Of a DNA stretch of 64,000 bases, positions 48,323 to 58,205 are shown in pieces (within the stretch, counting starts at the first letter, position 1; each line of letters starts with the position of its first letter). The stretch comes from Pyrodictiaceae archaeon (lineage in GTDB: Archaea > Thermoproteota > Thermoprotei_A > Sulfolobales > Pyrodictiaceae). The stretch lies in assembly GCA_027036135.1 (NCBI GenBank), contig JALVSY010000007.1, positions 196,880-260,879 on the forward strand. Direction: 5' to 3'. The notes beneath the pieces were generated by a model, which worked only from the letters and a program-made list of their open reading frames with translations, ran no database searches and was not told the origin of the DNA. The position numbers and the translations under genes were made by a program.

Positions 48323-49089
48323 GGCTCAGCCACCCTACGAGCCTTATTCATTTCAACTAGATAGAGGGCTGCAAGGGTTATTATTTGGTTAGAGAGCTGT
48401 AAACGAGGCCCTGTGAGAAATAGGCCGTATAATCCAGGCCTCCCGGCTAAAGAGTAAGCTATTAACCCGGCAACAAGGAACCACGGATTCAGTATCCCCA
48501 TGCCGAATGTAAGTATTTGAGACACTGCATAGGTATTAAGAAGGATTAACCCGGCAACAAGAGCTGAAATCGGTATACTCCAACGAAGCCCCTTGACCCC
48601 TTTACGAGTCACCAGCGGTATAGGTGCCAATAACCAAAGTATTTGTGATAGATAAGCCACTAGTAGGCTACTAGTAAAGGAAGTAAGCGCTAACACAGCT
48701 AGAGCTACGGCCTCAGCTACTCTCCTCTTATCACGGACAAGTATTAGCCCTGCAACAAGGAAGAGAACCCATGAGAGACGGATAACACCTAGATAATCAG
48801 CAATAGACAATACCAGCGTTGCTATGGCTATGACTGCTGCAACAATATCCCTGCGAATAGCAGCAATAAGACCAAGGATAACAAGTCCTAAAACAACCGA
48901 TAAGTTGAGAGCAAACAGGCCAGTCTTTGACACTATCTCGGCTAGGAGCCTCGTTACACTTGATGATGGAATGAATATCCATATACGGATAAGTATGCGG
49001 TTAAACAGTAGCTCTACTACGTAAGTAGCTAATAAAGCAGTGGAAAGGGCTTTAGCGCCTCTATAAATGTCCTCATCATTTACTTCCAT
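48319..49089 (-). CDS. Polytopic membrane protein of the nar operon; no His, so not a b-type cytochrome
   Basis: About eight hydrophobic segments; overlaps narJ by 4 nt. Confidence 0.75.
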   Translation of the reverse strand: MEVNDEDIYRGAKALSTALLATYVVELLFNRILIRIWIFIPSSSVTRLLAEIVSKTGLFALNLSVVLGLVILGLIAAIRRDIVAAVIAIATLVLSIADYLGVIRLSWVLFLVAGLILVRDKRRVAEAVALAVLALTSFTSSLLVAYLSQILWLLAPIPLVTRKGVKGLRWSIPISALVAGLILLNTYAVSQILTFGMGILNPWFLVAGLIAYSLAGRPGLYGLFLTGPRLQLSNQIITLAALYLVEMNKARRVAEP

Positions 49090-49241
49090 GTGGTCTGCAC
49101 CGCCCTAGGCATCGCTAACACTACTATCGTGAACTAGCTATGTCTGCCCCCTTAAGGGCTTGACTAGTTATTGCCCAGCTAAGAGCTGTGGCATAGAAAT
49201 GAAGAAACAGGGAAAAGAGTAATGCTGGTAAGGAAAAAATA

Positions 49242-50219
49242 TTATGTTGTATGTCTCCTTATGAGTGCTAGCCCTAGTGCTACTGCGAGCACTATTATTA
49301 CTACTGAGAGCCCTATGATAACGCCCTTGTTCACCTTAACTACTGTAGTGGTTTTTGTCACTGTCGCCGTAGTAGTCTTTGTCACAGTCTTTGTAGCAGT
49401 AACGGTGGTTGTCTTTGCTGGTGTAGGCGTTACTGTACCCGTTGCTGTTAGCGGTGCGAATTTCAGTGTGAACCATCCGCTTATCTCGTGCATACCTGCA
49501 CGCTGGTCGAGGGAGCCCTCCCAGTTAGCAAACGCAACACTCGTTGTTTCGCCTGGCTTGAAGCTCGGTACCAGGGGGAACACAGAGCCCATGGGCCTCA
49601 TTAGTACTACCTTCCACATGCCATTCTCGTACTTGGCGCTGGCTACCCAGATTTGTGCTTGTGGCGGTAGCTCCTCAACAGGGCTGGTTGTCGCCTCCTC
49701 CATGCCTATAGCGTACTTCTCGCCAGGCTGCATGCCATACCCGCTACCAGCAACCATGTTTTCAACTCCTCTACCTGCTTTCCAGAATACTATGTTAACT
49801 GGGTGCGCTGTATCGCCCATACATATGTAGGGCATGCCACTGCTGTTCACGGGGAACTCTGCAGCCACCGCGTCCGCGAATGCCGATATATTACCTGGTA
49901 TGCCCTCGACATCTTTTGTTGAGTCCTTCCATTCTATGAATAGTGCGAAGTGCGTGCCGTTGTAGGCCGCTGCAACCTTAAGTGTCCTTGATATCGACTT
50001 ATAAGTTTGAGGATATACTAGCATCTGTGGAGACAAGGGAATGCTTACCTTGCTAACACTGCTCCAGAAACTTGCATCGGGGTTGAGAGGGATAGCGCCT
50101 TGCTTATAATGAACAAGTATTACTGGGGTCTGCGAGGTCGCTAATACCGCTCCAAGCCCGGTTGCTATAGCCGCGACCACGATACCAAGTATTATTCCCA
50201 ACAAGGTACCTTTTCGCAT
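49242..50219 (-). CDS. Heme b-binding DOMON/EbdC-like subunit (NarM-like) with a Thr-rich stalk and C-terminal membrane anchor
   Basis: Signal peptide, FIEWKDST, ADAVAAEFP, PYICMG...PVNIVFW, AFANWEGS, T/K/V repeats and TM-RRH tail. Confidence 0.85.
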   Translation of the reverse strand: MRKGTLLGIILGIVVAAIATGLGAVLATSQTPVILVHYKQGAIPLNPDASFWSSVSKVSIPLSPQMLVYPQTYKSISRTLKVAAAYNGTHFALFIEWKDSTKDVEGIPGNISAFADAVAAEFPVNSSGMPYICMGDTAHPVNIVFWKAGRGVENMVAGSGYGMQPGEKYAIGMEEATTSPVEELPPQAQIWVASAKYENGMWKVVLMRPMGSVFPLVPSFKPGETTSVAFANWEGSLDQRAGMHEISGWFTLKFAPLTATGTVTPTPAKTTTVTATKTVTKTTTATVTKTTTVVKVNKGVIIGLSVVIIVLAVALGLALIRRHTT

Positions 50220-50297
50220 GTTTTACCCTCCCCTCTTCAGTATTTATTTTCTAACCCTGAAGTCATGACGGCAAGGAAGGAAAACAATGGTTTTGTG

Positions 50298-51710
50298 CTA
50301 GGAGCTTTGAATAGAGGGGATCCGCTGGCTTGCAAGTCTTGGAGGCCTATTGCGTGTAGGTATCACCCATCTATCCTTGCCCAATGCTAGCCACTTGTAG
50401 ATGAGGTCAGCATCCTCTATGCTTAATCCTACTTCTTGCAGTACCGAGGCAGCCGCCATTTTACTCATACCCTCAACGTTTATTCTTCTAAAGAATTCCC
50501 TTATCGCCACTAATCTCTTCAATGCCTTCTTTACTTCATCCACATTCCCGGCAGCAAACATGTTAGCTAAATACTGTAAAGGTATCCTCATTTCATCTAT
50601 AGATGGGATTATGGACTCGTACTTAGCATCATATGTACCGTTGGGCCCCATGCTTGCTATAACCGGGCTTAGTGGCGGTATATAGAACACCATAGGTAAT
50701 GTTCTATATTCCGGATGTAGTGGCAGCGCTATTTCCCACTTCTTGAACATATAGTATGCAGGGCTCTCCTGCGCAGCTTTAATAAAGTTGTCAGGGACTC
50801 CATCAGCCTTTGCTTGCTTTATAACCTTTGGATCGAAGGGATCCAGTATTATGCTACGATGAGCAGCTACTAGCTTATCTTCTGGAGCAGAAGCTGCCTC
50901 TAGTACTTTATCCTCGTCGTATAAGACGACTCCGACGTATCTTATTCTTCCAACGCACGTCTCAACACAGATCGGTGGTAGTCCTACCTCGAGCCTGGGG
51001 TAGCAGAATATGCATTTCTCGCTTTTACCAGTCTTCCAGTTAAAGAATATCTTTTTGTATGGGCAGGCTATCTCGCAGTATCTATAGCCCTTGCACCTGG
51101 TCTGGTCTATAAGTACTATACCGTCTTCCTTCCTCTTATATATAGCTTTTGTTGGGCAAGCCGCAACGCATGCTGGGTTCAAGCAATGGTTGCAGAGTCT
51201 TGGTAGATAGAACATAAATATGTTTCTCAGCGTCATATATATAGATGCTTGTATGTTCTTCCAATTAGGATCAGCTTTTCCATATATGTTTGCACCGCCT
51301 AGATCGTCGTCCCAGTTAGGACTCCACTTGATCTCCATTGGTTTCTTGGTGTACATGTTTATTGGGTTAGCAACTGGCTGCTCCTCTCCTACCTCTGGGG
51401 CAAATAGTGCCTTATAATCATAGGTATATGGTGTATAGTAATCTCTCATCTCCAACGGCTTAAACTTCTTCTCTACTTCAAGTCTTAGCCGAAGCTTACC
51501 GTTTACTAGTACCCAGCCTCCACCATATCTTTCTTGATCCTCCCATAGTTTGGGATAACCAACTCCAGGCCTTGTCTCTACATTAGCCCACCAAGCGTAC
51601 TCTTGGCCCTCTCTATTTGTCCATACCTTTTTCCCATTTATGGCACACGCATGGCATCCTAGACATTTATCGAGATTTATTACCATAGCGAACTGTGCTC
51701 TTATCAACAC
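50298..51710 (-). CDS. narH: Nitrate reductase beta (Fe-S) subunit
   Basis: NLDKCLGCHAC, LPRLCNHCLNPACV, CKGYRYC...CPY and SEKCIFCYPR. Confidence 0.96.
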   Translation of the reverse strand: MLIRAQFAMVINLDKCLGCHACAINGKKVWTNREGQEYAWWANVETRPGVGYPKLWEDQERYGGGWVLVNGKLRLRLEVEKKFKPLEMRDYYTPYTYDYKALFAPEVGEEQPVANPINMYTKKPMEIKWSPNWDDDLGGANIYGKADPNWKNIQASIYMTLRNIFMFYLPRLCNHCLNPACVAACPTKAIYKRKEDGIVLIDQTRCKGYRYCEIACPYKKIFFNWKTGKSEKCIFCYPRLEVGLPPICVETCVGRIRYVGVVLYDEDKVLEAASAPEDKLVAAHRSIILDPFDPKVIKQAKADGVPDNFIKAAQESPAYYMFKKWEIALPLHPEYRTLPMVFYIPPLSPVIASMGPNGTYDAKYESIIPSIDEMRIPLQYLANMFAAGNVDEVKKALKRLVAIREFFRRINVEGMSKMAAASVLQEVGLSIEDADLIYKWLALGKDRWVIPTRNRPPRLASQRIPSIQSS

Positions 51711-51749
51711 TTTTCACCCCTGCCCTATTCCTTACTTTTTATTATTGAG

Positions 51750-54700
51750 CTAGGTGCTTGAAGAAAAATCGGAGCCGAGCTTCTTATGGAGATACACAAT
51801 GGCTATATGGTCTCTGTTTATACCTGGCGGGCCATAGTAGTTGATGAAGAAGCTTAGCTGGGCATAGCCACCGACCATATCTGTTGGCTTAAGATATACT
51901 CTGGTAGGACTGTTGTGTGTACCGCCCTGCTTGCCTGTTAGCTTGCTCTTCTTGATATAGATGTGTCTCTCCTGGGCATGATACATGAATGCTACGCCCT
52001 CTGGTATCCTCGGGCTCGTTATAACCCTTGCTACAACTACGCCGTTATCATTCACTACCTCAACCCAGTCATTATCACTAAGCCCTGCCCATTCGGCATC
52101 CTTATCGTTAAGCCATATTACTTGTCCACCCCTGCCCAGTGTCATCATGAACCACGTGTCCCAGAAGGTTGTATGAATGTTCCACTTGCCATGAGGTGTT
52201 AGATATCTTAGCACTAGCATTTTCTTCCCATTAACCTCTATTCTATGCTGGCCCGGTATTATCGATCCAAGGCCAAGTCTCTTGCCAACATTAGTTATTT
52301 CGCCGAGCTTTAAGCCGTTAAGCGATGGCTTATAGGTTGGCAACATCTCACCTAATCCAAGGAACCAGTCATGGTCTATATAGAAGTGCTGCCTGCCGCT
52401 AAGCGTTCTCCATGGTATTAGTTTCTCCACGTTCTGCGTATAGGGAGCATATGTTCTGCCAGGATGCGGTATGCCGCTCCATATAGGCGATGTATGTACT
52501 CTCCTAGGCTGCCTTATGATATCTCTGAACTTTATTCTTTCGAGACTATCCACGAGTTCGACAAGGTTATTTAGGCCGGTCTTCTTCTCGAGATCCTTGA
52601 ACGCCCTAACACTTAGCTTTCCATTAGTCTCCGGGCTCAGAGCTAGTATGGCTTCTGCCACGTTCTTGTCCTTCTTAAGGCTTGGGCAACCATCTGGGCA
52701 CTTCTCCCAGTAGAGCACTCCGAACTCCTGCTTTAGCTCCTCGTAGACATCGCTTGCATCCATGCCTACTCCTTTGGCGCCTACCTTCTTTGCTCCCGGG
52801 CCTAGCGATATATACATCTTATAAACATTCTTGTAGTCTCTTTTCACTACATGCAGGTCCCACATAGTCTTACCAGGTATTGGCTCTCCTTCGCCCTTCC
52901 ACCACTCCTTGACAACGCCATAGGGCTGTGCTATCTCTAGCGGGGTGTCATGCCAGAGAGCTCGCGCGACTATATCTTCTACCGGCTCGGGGAAGTACTT
53001 TGCAGCCATTTCGCTAAACTTCTTTGCTAGCTCGGCGAATGCTTGCCAATCGGTCTTCGATTCCCATAGCGGTTCAACAGCCGGTGTGAATGGGTGAACG
53101 AAGGTATGCATATCGGTCATATTTAAGTCGTATTTCTCATACCAAGTAGCTGCTGGGAGCACTATATCAGCATAGAGCGATGTGGTACATACTCGGAAGT
53201 CGAGATCCACTAAGAGATCAAGTTTTCCTATAGGTGCTGGCTCTCTCCAGACAGCCTCTTTTACCTTGCCCTTAGCGTTCTCGTTAGCCATTACTTGTTC
53301 TAGTGGTGTGCCGAGGAGGTGCTTGAAGAAGTACTCAACGCCTTTACCGCTTGCGCCGAGTAGGTTAGACCGCCATACGAAGAGTACTCTGAGCCAGTTC
53401 TCCGGCGCGTCTGGATCCTCTATTGCAAACTTTAGCTTACCTTCCTTCAAAAGCTCAGCAACGTACTTTATCGGGTCCTTGCCCTGCTGTCTTGCCTCTT
53501 TTGCTAACTCTATTGGATTCCTATTCCACTGCGGATAGAATGGGAGCCATCCGAGCTTAGCGGCGATTATGTTACAATCCATTGAATGGTTACACTTTAC
53601 TTTCTTCTGTACCTCTTTTACCGAGGGAGCAAGATCCTTGACTTCCAAGGGATCATAACGCCACTGATCCGTGTGCACATAGAAGAAGCTTGGACTGTTC
53701 TGGTGCCTCGGGGGCTTCACCCAGTCCAGGGCAAATGCTACCTTGGCCCATCCGGTAAGGGTTCTTATCATTTCCTGGCCAACATAGTGGGCCCAACCGC
53801 CTCCGTTTCTACCCTCAGCCGCTGTTAACTTTATTAGCAACAATATGCTGCGATAAGTTAGGTCCGTATGGAACCACTGGTTGATACCAGAGCCCATTAG
53901 TATCATTACGCGGCCCTTACTCTTCAGCGCCGTCTCAGCAAACTCTCTCGCTATCTTTATTGCGAGGTTCCTCGAGATACCAGTTATCTTTTCTTGCCAT
54001 GCAGGGGTGAAGGGCTTTGGATCATCGTAGCTCGTTGGGTAATCACCAGGGAGCCCACGGTTCACGCCAAGATATGCTGTCAGTAAATCAAACACTGTTG
54101 TCACATAAACCGTACCATTCTTTGTCTTCACCTTCTTTACAGGGACACCGCGCTTTACTGTATATGATTGACCAAACTCTGGACCAAAGACTGGGAAGGT
54201 TACTTGTATTACTTCGTCCTGCATTCCGAGGAACGTGAGAACGGGGTCTATCTTTGTCCCCGTCACTGGGTCCTCGAGCTTCAGGTTCCATTTACCGCTA
54301 TTATTATCATCCCATCGATAACCTATTGATCCATTAACCAATCTTATCCTCTTTGTATTTGCATCGTAGACTAGGAGCTTCCATTCAGGGTTCTTCTCAT
54401 TACCATACCTAGGATCAGCGTACTCGCTTGGATCTAGATCAGATAGTCTTAGGAACTTGCCCGGCTTGTACTCACCATCCTCGTAATCCAGCTTGACGAG
54501 GAACGGCAGGTCCGTGTACTTCTTTACATAGTCCAGGAAGAAGTCATAATTCTTCTTTACATAGAACTCGGTGAGCAGGACATGCGCCATACCTAGTGCT
54601 AGAGCACCGTCTGTGCTGGGTTTTACTGGTATCCAGACATCAGCGAATTTTGTATTCTCGGTGTAGTCGGGGCTTACTACTACTATCTTGGTGCCCTTGT

Positions 54701-55622
54701 ATCTAACCTCTGCGAGGTAATGGCCATCAGGAGTTCTCGTCAATGGTATATTGGTGCCCCAGTCTATTATGTATGCTGCATTGTACCAGTCAGCGCTTTC
54801 TGGTACATCTGTTTGTTCGCCCCATATCTGAGGGCTCGCTGGTGGTAGGTCGGCGTACCAGTCATAGAAGCTGCCCATAGCGCCACCTATAAGCTCTATG
54901 AATCGTGAGCCGCTAGCGAAACTTACAGGACTCATAGCCGGTATCGGCGTGAATCCGAATATCCTATCGGGGCCATACTTCTTTATAGTGTATATTAGAG
55001 CTGCAGATATTATTTCAAGCGCTTCATCCCAAGTTGTTCGTACTAGTCCTCCTCGTCCGCGAGCGCTTGTATACATTTTCTTCTTGTTGGGGTCGGATAC
55101 TATGCTTTCCCAAGCCTTTACGGGATCACCATACATGGCCTTAGCTTGTCTCCAAAGCTGGAGGAGAGGCTTCCTTATGTAAGGGTACTTTATTCGTGTG
55201 GGCGAGTATATGTACCAGCTAAAGACGGCGCCTCTAGGACAACCCCTTGGTTCGTAATTTGGTATGGTTGGGCTTATTTCTGGATAATCCCTAGCTTGTA
55301 GCTCCCATGCTATTATACCGTCTTTTACATATACGAACCAAGAGCAAGAACCGGTACAGTTTACTCCATGAGTTGATCTCGCCACCTTATCGTATTTCCA
55401 CATATTCCTATATAGTTGCTCCCACTTCCTTAGTTGCTCCGGATAGCCAAGTCGCGGATTACCTATCTTTACTAAATACTTGTCTTTGTCAAGCACCTTG
55501 GCTATCTTGTCGGCTGATGCAATAAGCTTTATAGATGAAGCAGCAGCGCCCGCAGCAGCAAGTATCTTTAGAAAGTCCCTTCGTGTTAGTTTGCTGGTCT
55601 TCTCCTCTCCCAACACGTTCAC
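51750..55622 (-). CDS. narG: Tat-exported respiratory nitrate reductase alpha subunit
   Basis: TRRDFLK twin-arginine signal, THGVNCTGSC FS0 motif, PRGCPRG and SFYDWYADLPP with the Mo-ligand Asp. Confidence 0.96.
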   Translation of the reverse strand: MNVLGEEKTSKLTRRDFLKILAAAGAAASSIKLIASADKIAKVLDKDKYLVKIGNPRLGYPEQLRKWEQLYRNMWKYDKVARSTHGVNCTGSCSWFVYVKDGIIAWELQARDYPEISPTIPNYEPRGCPRGAVFSWYIYSPTRIKYPYIRKPLLQLWRQAKAMYGDPVKAWESIVSDPNKKKMYTSARGRGGLVRTTWDEALEIISAALIYTIKKYGPDRIFGFTPIPAMSPVSFASGSRFIELIGGAMGSFYDWYADLPPASPQIWGEQTDVPESADWYNAAYIIDWGTNIPLTRTPDGHYLAEVRYKGTKIVVVSPDYTENTKFADVWIPVKPSTDGALALGMAHVLLTEFYVKKNYDFFLDYVKKYTDLPFLVKLDYEDGEYKPGKFLRLSDLDPSEYADPRYGNEKNPEWKLLVYDANTKRIRLVNGSIGYRWDDNNSGKWNLKLEDPVTGTKIDPVLTFLGMQDEVIQVTFPVFGPEFGQSYTVKRGVPVKKVKTKNGTVYVTTVFDLLTAYLGVNRGLPGDYPTSYDDPKPFTPAWQEKITGISRNLAIKIAREFAETALKSKGRVMILMGSGINQWFHTDLTYRSILLLIKLTAAEGRNGGGWAHYVGQEMIRTLTGWAKVAFALDWVKPPRHQNSPSFFYVHTDQWRYDPLEVKDLAPSVKEVQKKVKCNHSMDCNIIAAKLGWLPFYPQWNRNPIELAKEARQQGKDPIKYVAELLKEGKLKFAIEDPDAPENWLRVLFVWRSNLLGASGKGVEYFFKHLLGTPLEQVMANENAKGKVKEAVWREPAPIGKLDLLVDLDFRVCTTSLYADIVLPAATWYEKYDLNMTDMHTFVHPFTPAVEPLWESKTDWQAFAELAKKFSEMAAKYFPEPVEDIVARALWHDTPLEIAQPYGVVKEWWKGEGEPIPGKTMWDLHVVKRDYKNVYKMYISLGPGAKKVGAKGVGMDASDVYEELKQEFGVLYWEKCPDGCPSLKKDKNVAEAILALSPETNGKLSVRAFKDLEKKTGLNNLVELVDSLERIKFRDIIRQPRRVHTSPIWSGIPHPGRTYAPYTQNVEKLIPWRTLSGRQHFYIDHDWFLGLGEMLPTYKPSLNGLKLGEITNVGKRLGLGSIIPGQHRIEVNGKKMLVLRYLTPHGKWNIHTTFWDTWFMMTLGRGGQVIWLNDKDAEWAGLSDNDWVEVVNDNGVVVARVITSPRIPEGVAFMYHAQERHIYIKKSKLTGKQGGTHNSPTRVYLKPTDMVGGYAQLSFFINYYGPPGINRDHIAIVYLHKKLGSDFSSST

Positions 55623-55800
55623 CTTAAATGCGCGATAATATGCGCTCCAATTACAGTCTTTATGTTACCTCATGACTCATTTTAATAGAGAACCCCGGAA
55701 TATTCTGGTGGGACTAAAACCTTATTCGTGTTCGTGGAGGCACTTGGCCGAGACACCCATTTTAGCTTTAAGCAAGAATCTATTCGAAGAGGGCTAAGCT

Positions 55801-57186
55801 ATGGCGCTCCGTGTGGTTGTTGTTGGTGCTGGAGCTGCTGGTATGAGTGCTGCTAGTCGTGTTAAGCGCCTCCTGCGTGACAAGGCAGAGGTTGTTGTGT
55901 TTGAGAAGGGTGGCTGGGTTAGCTTTGCTCTATGCGGTACTCCTTACTATGTTGGTTGCCGTGTTAAGAGTCTGGAGGAGCTAACGTATTACCCGTTGGA
56001 GGAGTTTACCAAGAAGCGTGGAATAAGGATAAACCTCTACACTGAAGTAGTTGATGTTGAGGCTGATGCGCGGCGTATCCGTTACCGTAGCCGGGGCGGT
56101 GAGGAGGGAGTCTACGAGTATGATTACTTGGTGCTAGCTACTGGTGCGCGGCCCCGTGTGCCCCGGGACTGGCTTGGCTACGAGAACGTGTTTACTCTCC
56201 ATAGCCTCGACGAGGCTGATCGTATTAGGAGCTTCCTTGTAGCTAACTCGGTGAAGCGCGTAGTTGTCATAGGTGGTGGGTATACAGGGGTTGAGGTTGC
56301 GGAGAACCTTCGGGGCCTCGGCAAAGAGGTTGTACTAGTTCATAGCCGTGGCCATGTCCTCAATAAGGTCCTTGACGAGGAAATAGCAAGTATTGTTGAG
56401 GAGAAGGCCCGGGGGCACGGAGTAGAGCTTGTCCTCGGGAAACGAGTAGAGGCGTTGGAGGGCCAGGGCGGGAGAGCCAGGAGGGCGGTGCTTACAGGCG
56501 GCGACGCAGTGGAGGCTGATGCGTTCATAGTCGCGCCCGGTATTGAGCCAAACACTGTTCTCGCCGAGAAGGCTGGCTTAAGGATAGGGGAGACGGGGGC
56601 TATCTGGACCGATGAACATATGAGGACTAGTAATGAGTACATCTATGCCGTGGGGGACGCTGTTGAGACACGTGACGCTTTGACTGGTGGTAGGGTTTGG
56701 TGGCCGTTCGCGCCTGCTGGTAATAAGCAGGGCTACGTAGCTGGCACGAACATTGCTGGCGGGGAGGCCGTGTTCCCTGGCGTGGTTCGTTCAAGTGCCT
56801 TGGGGGCCTTCGGGCTCTACATAGCCTCTACTGGTCTACGCGAGGAGGACGCGCCAAGGTATGGGTTCAGGCCTGTCTCTGCCTACTTGAAGGCGCGTAC
56901 ACGGTCCCATTACTTTGGTGGGGGGCCAGAGATACACCTAAAGGTGATAGCTGACGAGGAGACGGGGCGCCTCATAGGCGCCCAGGCTGTGTCGGAGGAC
57001 TCTAGCGCGTTCTGGAGAGTGAATATTGTCTCGGCACTGATATGGGGCAAGGCTACAGTATGGGACTTGTTTAGCTACGACCAGTCCTACTGGCCAGGCG
57101 CGAACCCGGTATGGGACCCGTTAACGATTGCTGCTAGGTTGCTCCTCCGAAGCTTCCGTGGCCGGGATTGGAGGACACTGAGCTAA
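55801..57186 (+). CDS. CoA-disulfide reductase / NADH oxidase-family flavoprotein
   Basis: GAGAAG, SFALCGTPY single redox Cys, LATGA, GGGYTG and YAVGD. Confidence 0.9.
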   Translation: MALRVVVVGAGAAGMSAASRVKRLLRDKAEVVVFEKGGWVSFALCGTPYYVGCRVKSLEELTYYPLEEFTKKRGIRINLYTEVVDVEADARRIRYRSRGGEEGVYEYDYLVLATGARPRVPRDWLGYENVFTLHSLDEADRIRSFLVANSVKRVVVIGGGYTGVEVAENLRGLGKEVVLVHSRGHVLNKVLDEEIASIVEEKARGHGVELVLGKRVEALEGQGGRARRAVLTGGDAVEADAFIVAPGIEPNTVLAEKAGLRIGETGAIWTDEHMRTSNEYIYAVGDAVETRDALTGGRVWWPFAPAGNKQGYVAGTNIAGGEAVFPGVVRSSALGAFGLYIASTGLREEDAPRYGFRPVSAYLKARTRSHYFGGGPEIHLKVIADEETGRLIGAQAVSEDSSAFWRVNIVSALIWGKATVWDLFSYDQSYWPGANPVWDPLTIAARLLLRSFRGRDWRTLS

Positions 57187-57216
57187 AGACCCACTTTTCT
57201 TCTTCCTTGGGCTTGT

Positions 57217-58068
57217 TTATTTCTTCCTAAGCAGTAGTGCGAGTGGGCGCGAAGTCGCTGCTAGGAATGCGAAGACCGCGAATCCGATAATTGATAATGA
57301 GCTATTACGAGTAGCTATGGCTGCTACAAGGCCTATACCGGACCATAGGAACGCTATGAGGAGTTCGAGCCCGCCGAGCCTTTCCACTAGGCTCTGCTTG
57401 CCACGAGGAGTCGCTAGCGCTACTAAGCCTGCGGCGAGGCCGAGAACGAGGCCTACTACGTGTTGCGCTGAGTCGTAGCCAGGGTTCTTCACGAGAGCGA
57501 GAAGAGCTAGTGGAACCGCGGCTATTATCATTATTGCTGATGCTCGGAGGGTGCTGTAGCGCTTGCGCAGCACTAGGTATACTGCAGCGAGTACCGCGCC
57601 TATAGTGGCTCCTCCCACTACGTCGCGGAGATAGTGTACGTGTAGAACTAGCCGTGAGCAAGACACAGCAGTTACCGCCATTGCTCCACCGAGCAGCGCT
57701 AGAGGGCTAAGGGTCTCGGCGACGACGATCCCCCAGAACAGCGACGCCATTAATGCATGCCCGCTCGGGAACCCTGGGCCAGAGGCGTGTACAAGCCACT
57801 CGCTCTGCGGGGGACGAGGCAAGTTGATATAGACTTTCAAGAAGACACCGAGAGCCGAGCCAAGTGCTAGGCCTGATACCAGCCTTATCCCGAGAACTCC
57901 ACTGAGCACAATGTATACCAGGAGCCCTATCACCATGTAGGCTGCCTCCCCGCCTATAGCGGAGACCAACTTACAGCCACTAACCCCGCCCAAGGGGCAG
58001 GCAGCGAGCTCCGCAACACCTATTGCTAGCACGAGTAGCCCTACCTTGCCGCTACGGGATAGCTGCAT
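57217..58068 (-). CDS. PAP2-family membrane phosphatase
   Basis: K.YINLPRP, FPSGHA and SRLVLHVHYLRDV. Confidence 0.9.
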   Translation of the reverse strand: MQLSRSGKVGLLVLAIGVAELAACPLGGVSGCKLVSAIGGEAAYMVIGLLVYIVLSGVLGIRLVSGLALGSALGVFLKVYINLPRPPQSEWLVHASGPGFPSGHALMASLFWGIVVAETLSPLALLGGAMAVTAVSCSRLVLHVHYLRDVVGGATIGAVLAAVYLVLRKRYSTLRASAIMIIAAVPLALLALVKNPGYDSAQHVVGLVLGLAAGLVALATPRGKQSLVERLGGLELLIAFLWSGIGLVAAIATRNSSLSIIGFAVFAFLAATSRPLALLLRKK

Positions 58069-58205
58069 AGGCAGGCACCCACAAGTGCCGAGGAGGAGCG
58101 CTGGCCTCGTCTTCGGCTAACAAGTAGGAAGCGAGGCAAAATATTGTTCTTCCACTACGCCCTACTCGGTGAACCAGGAAGAGGACAAAGGGGTAGGAAG
58201 AAGGG

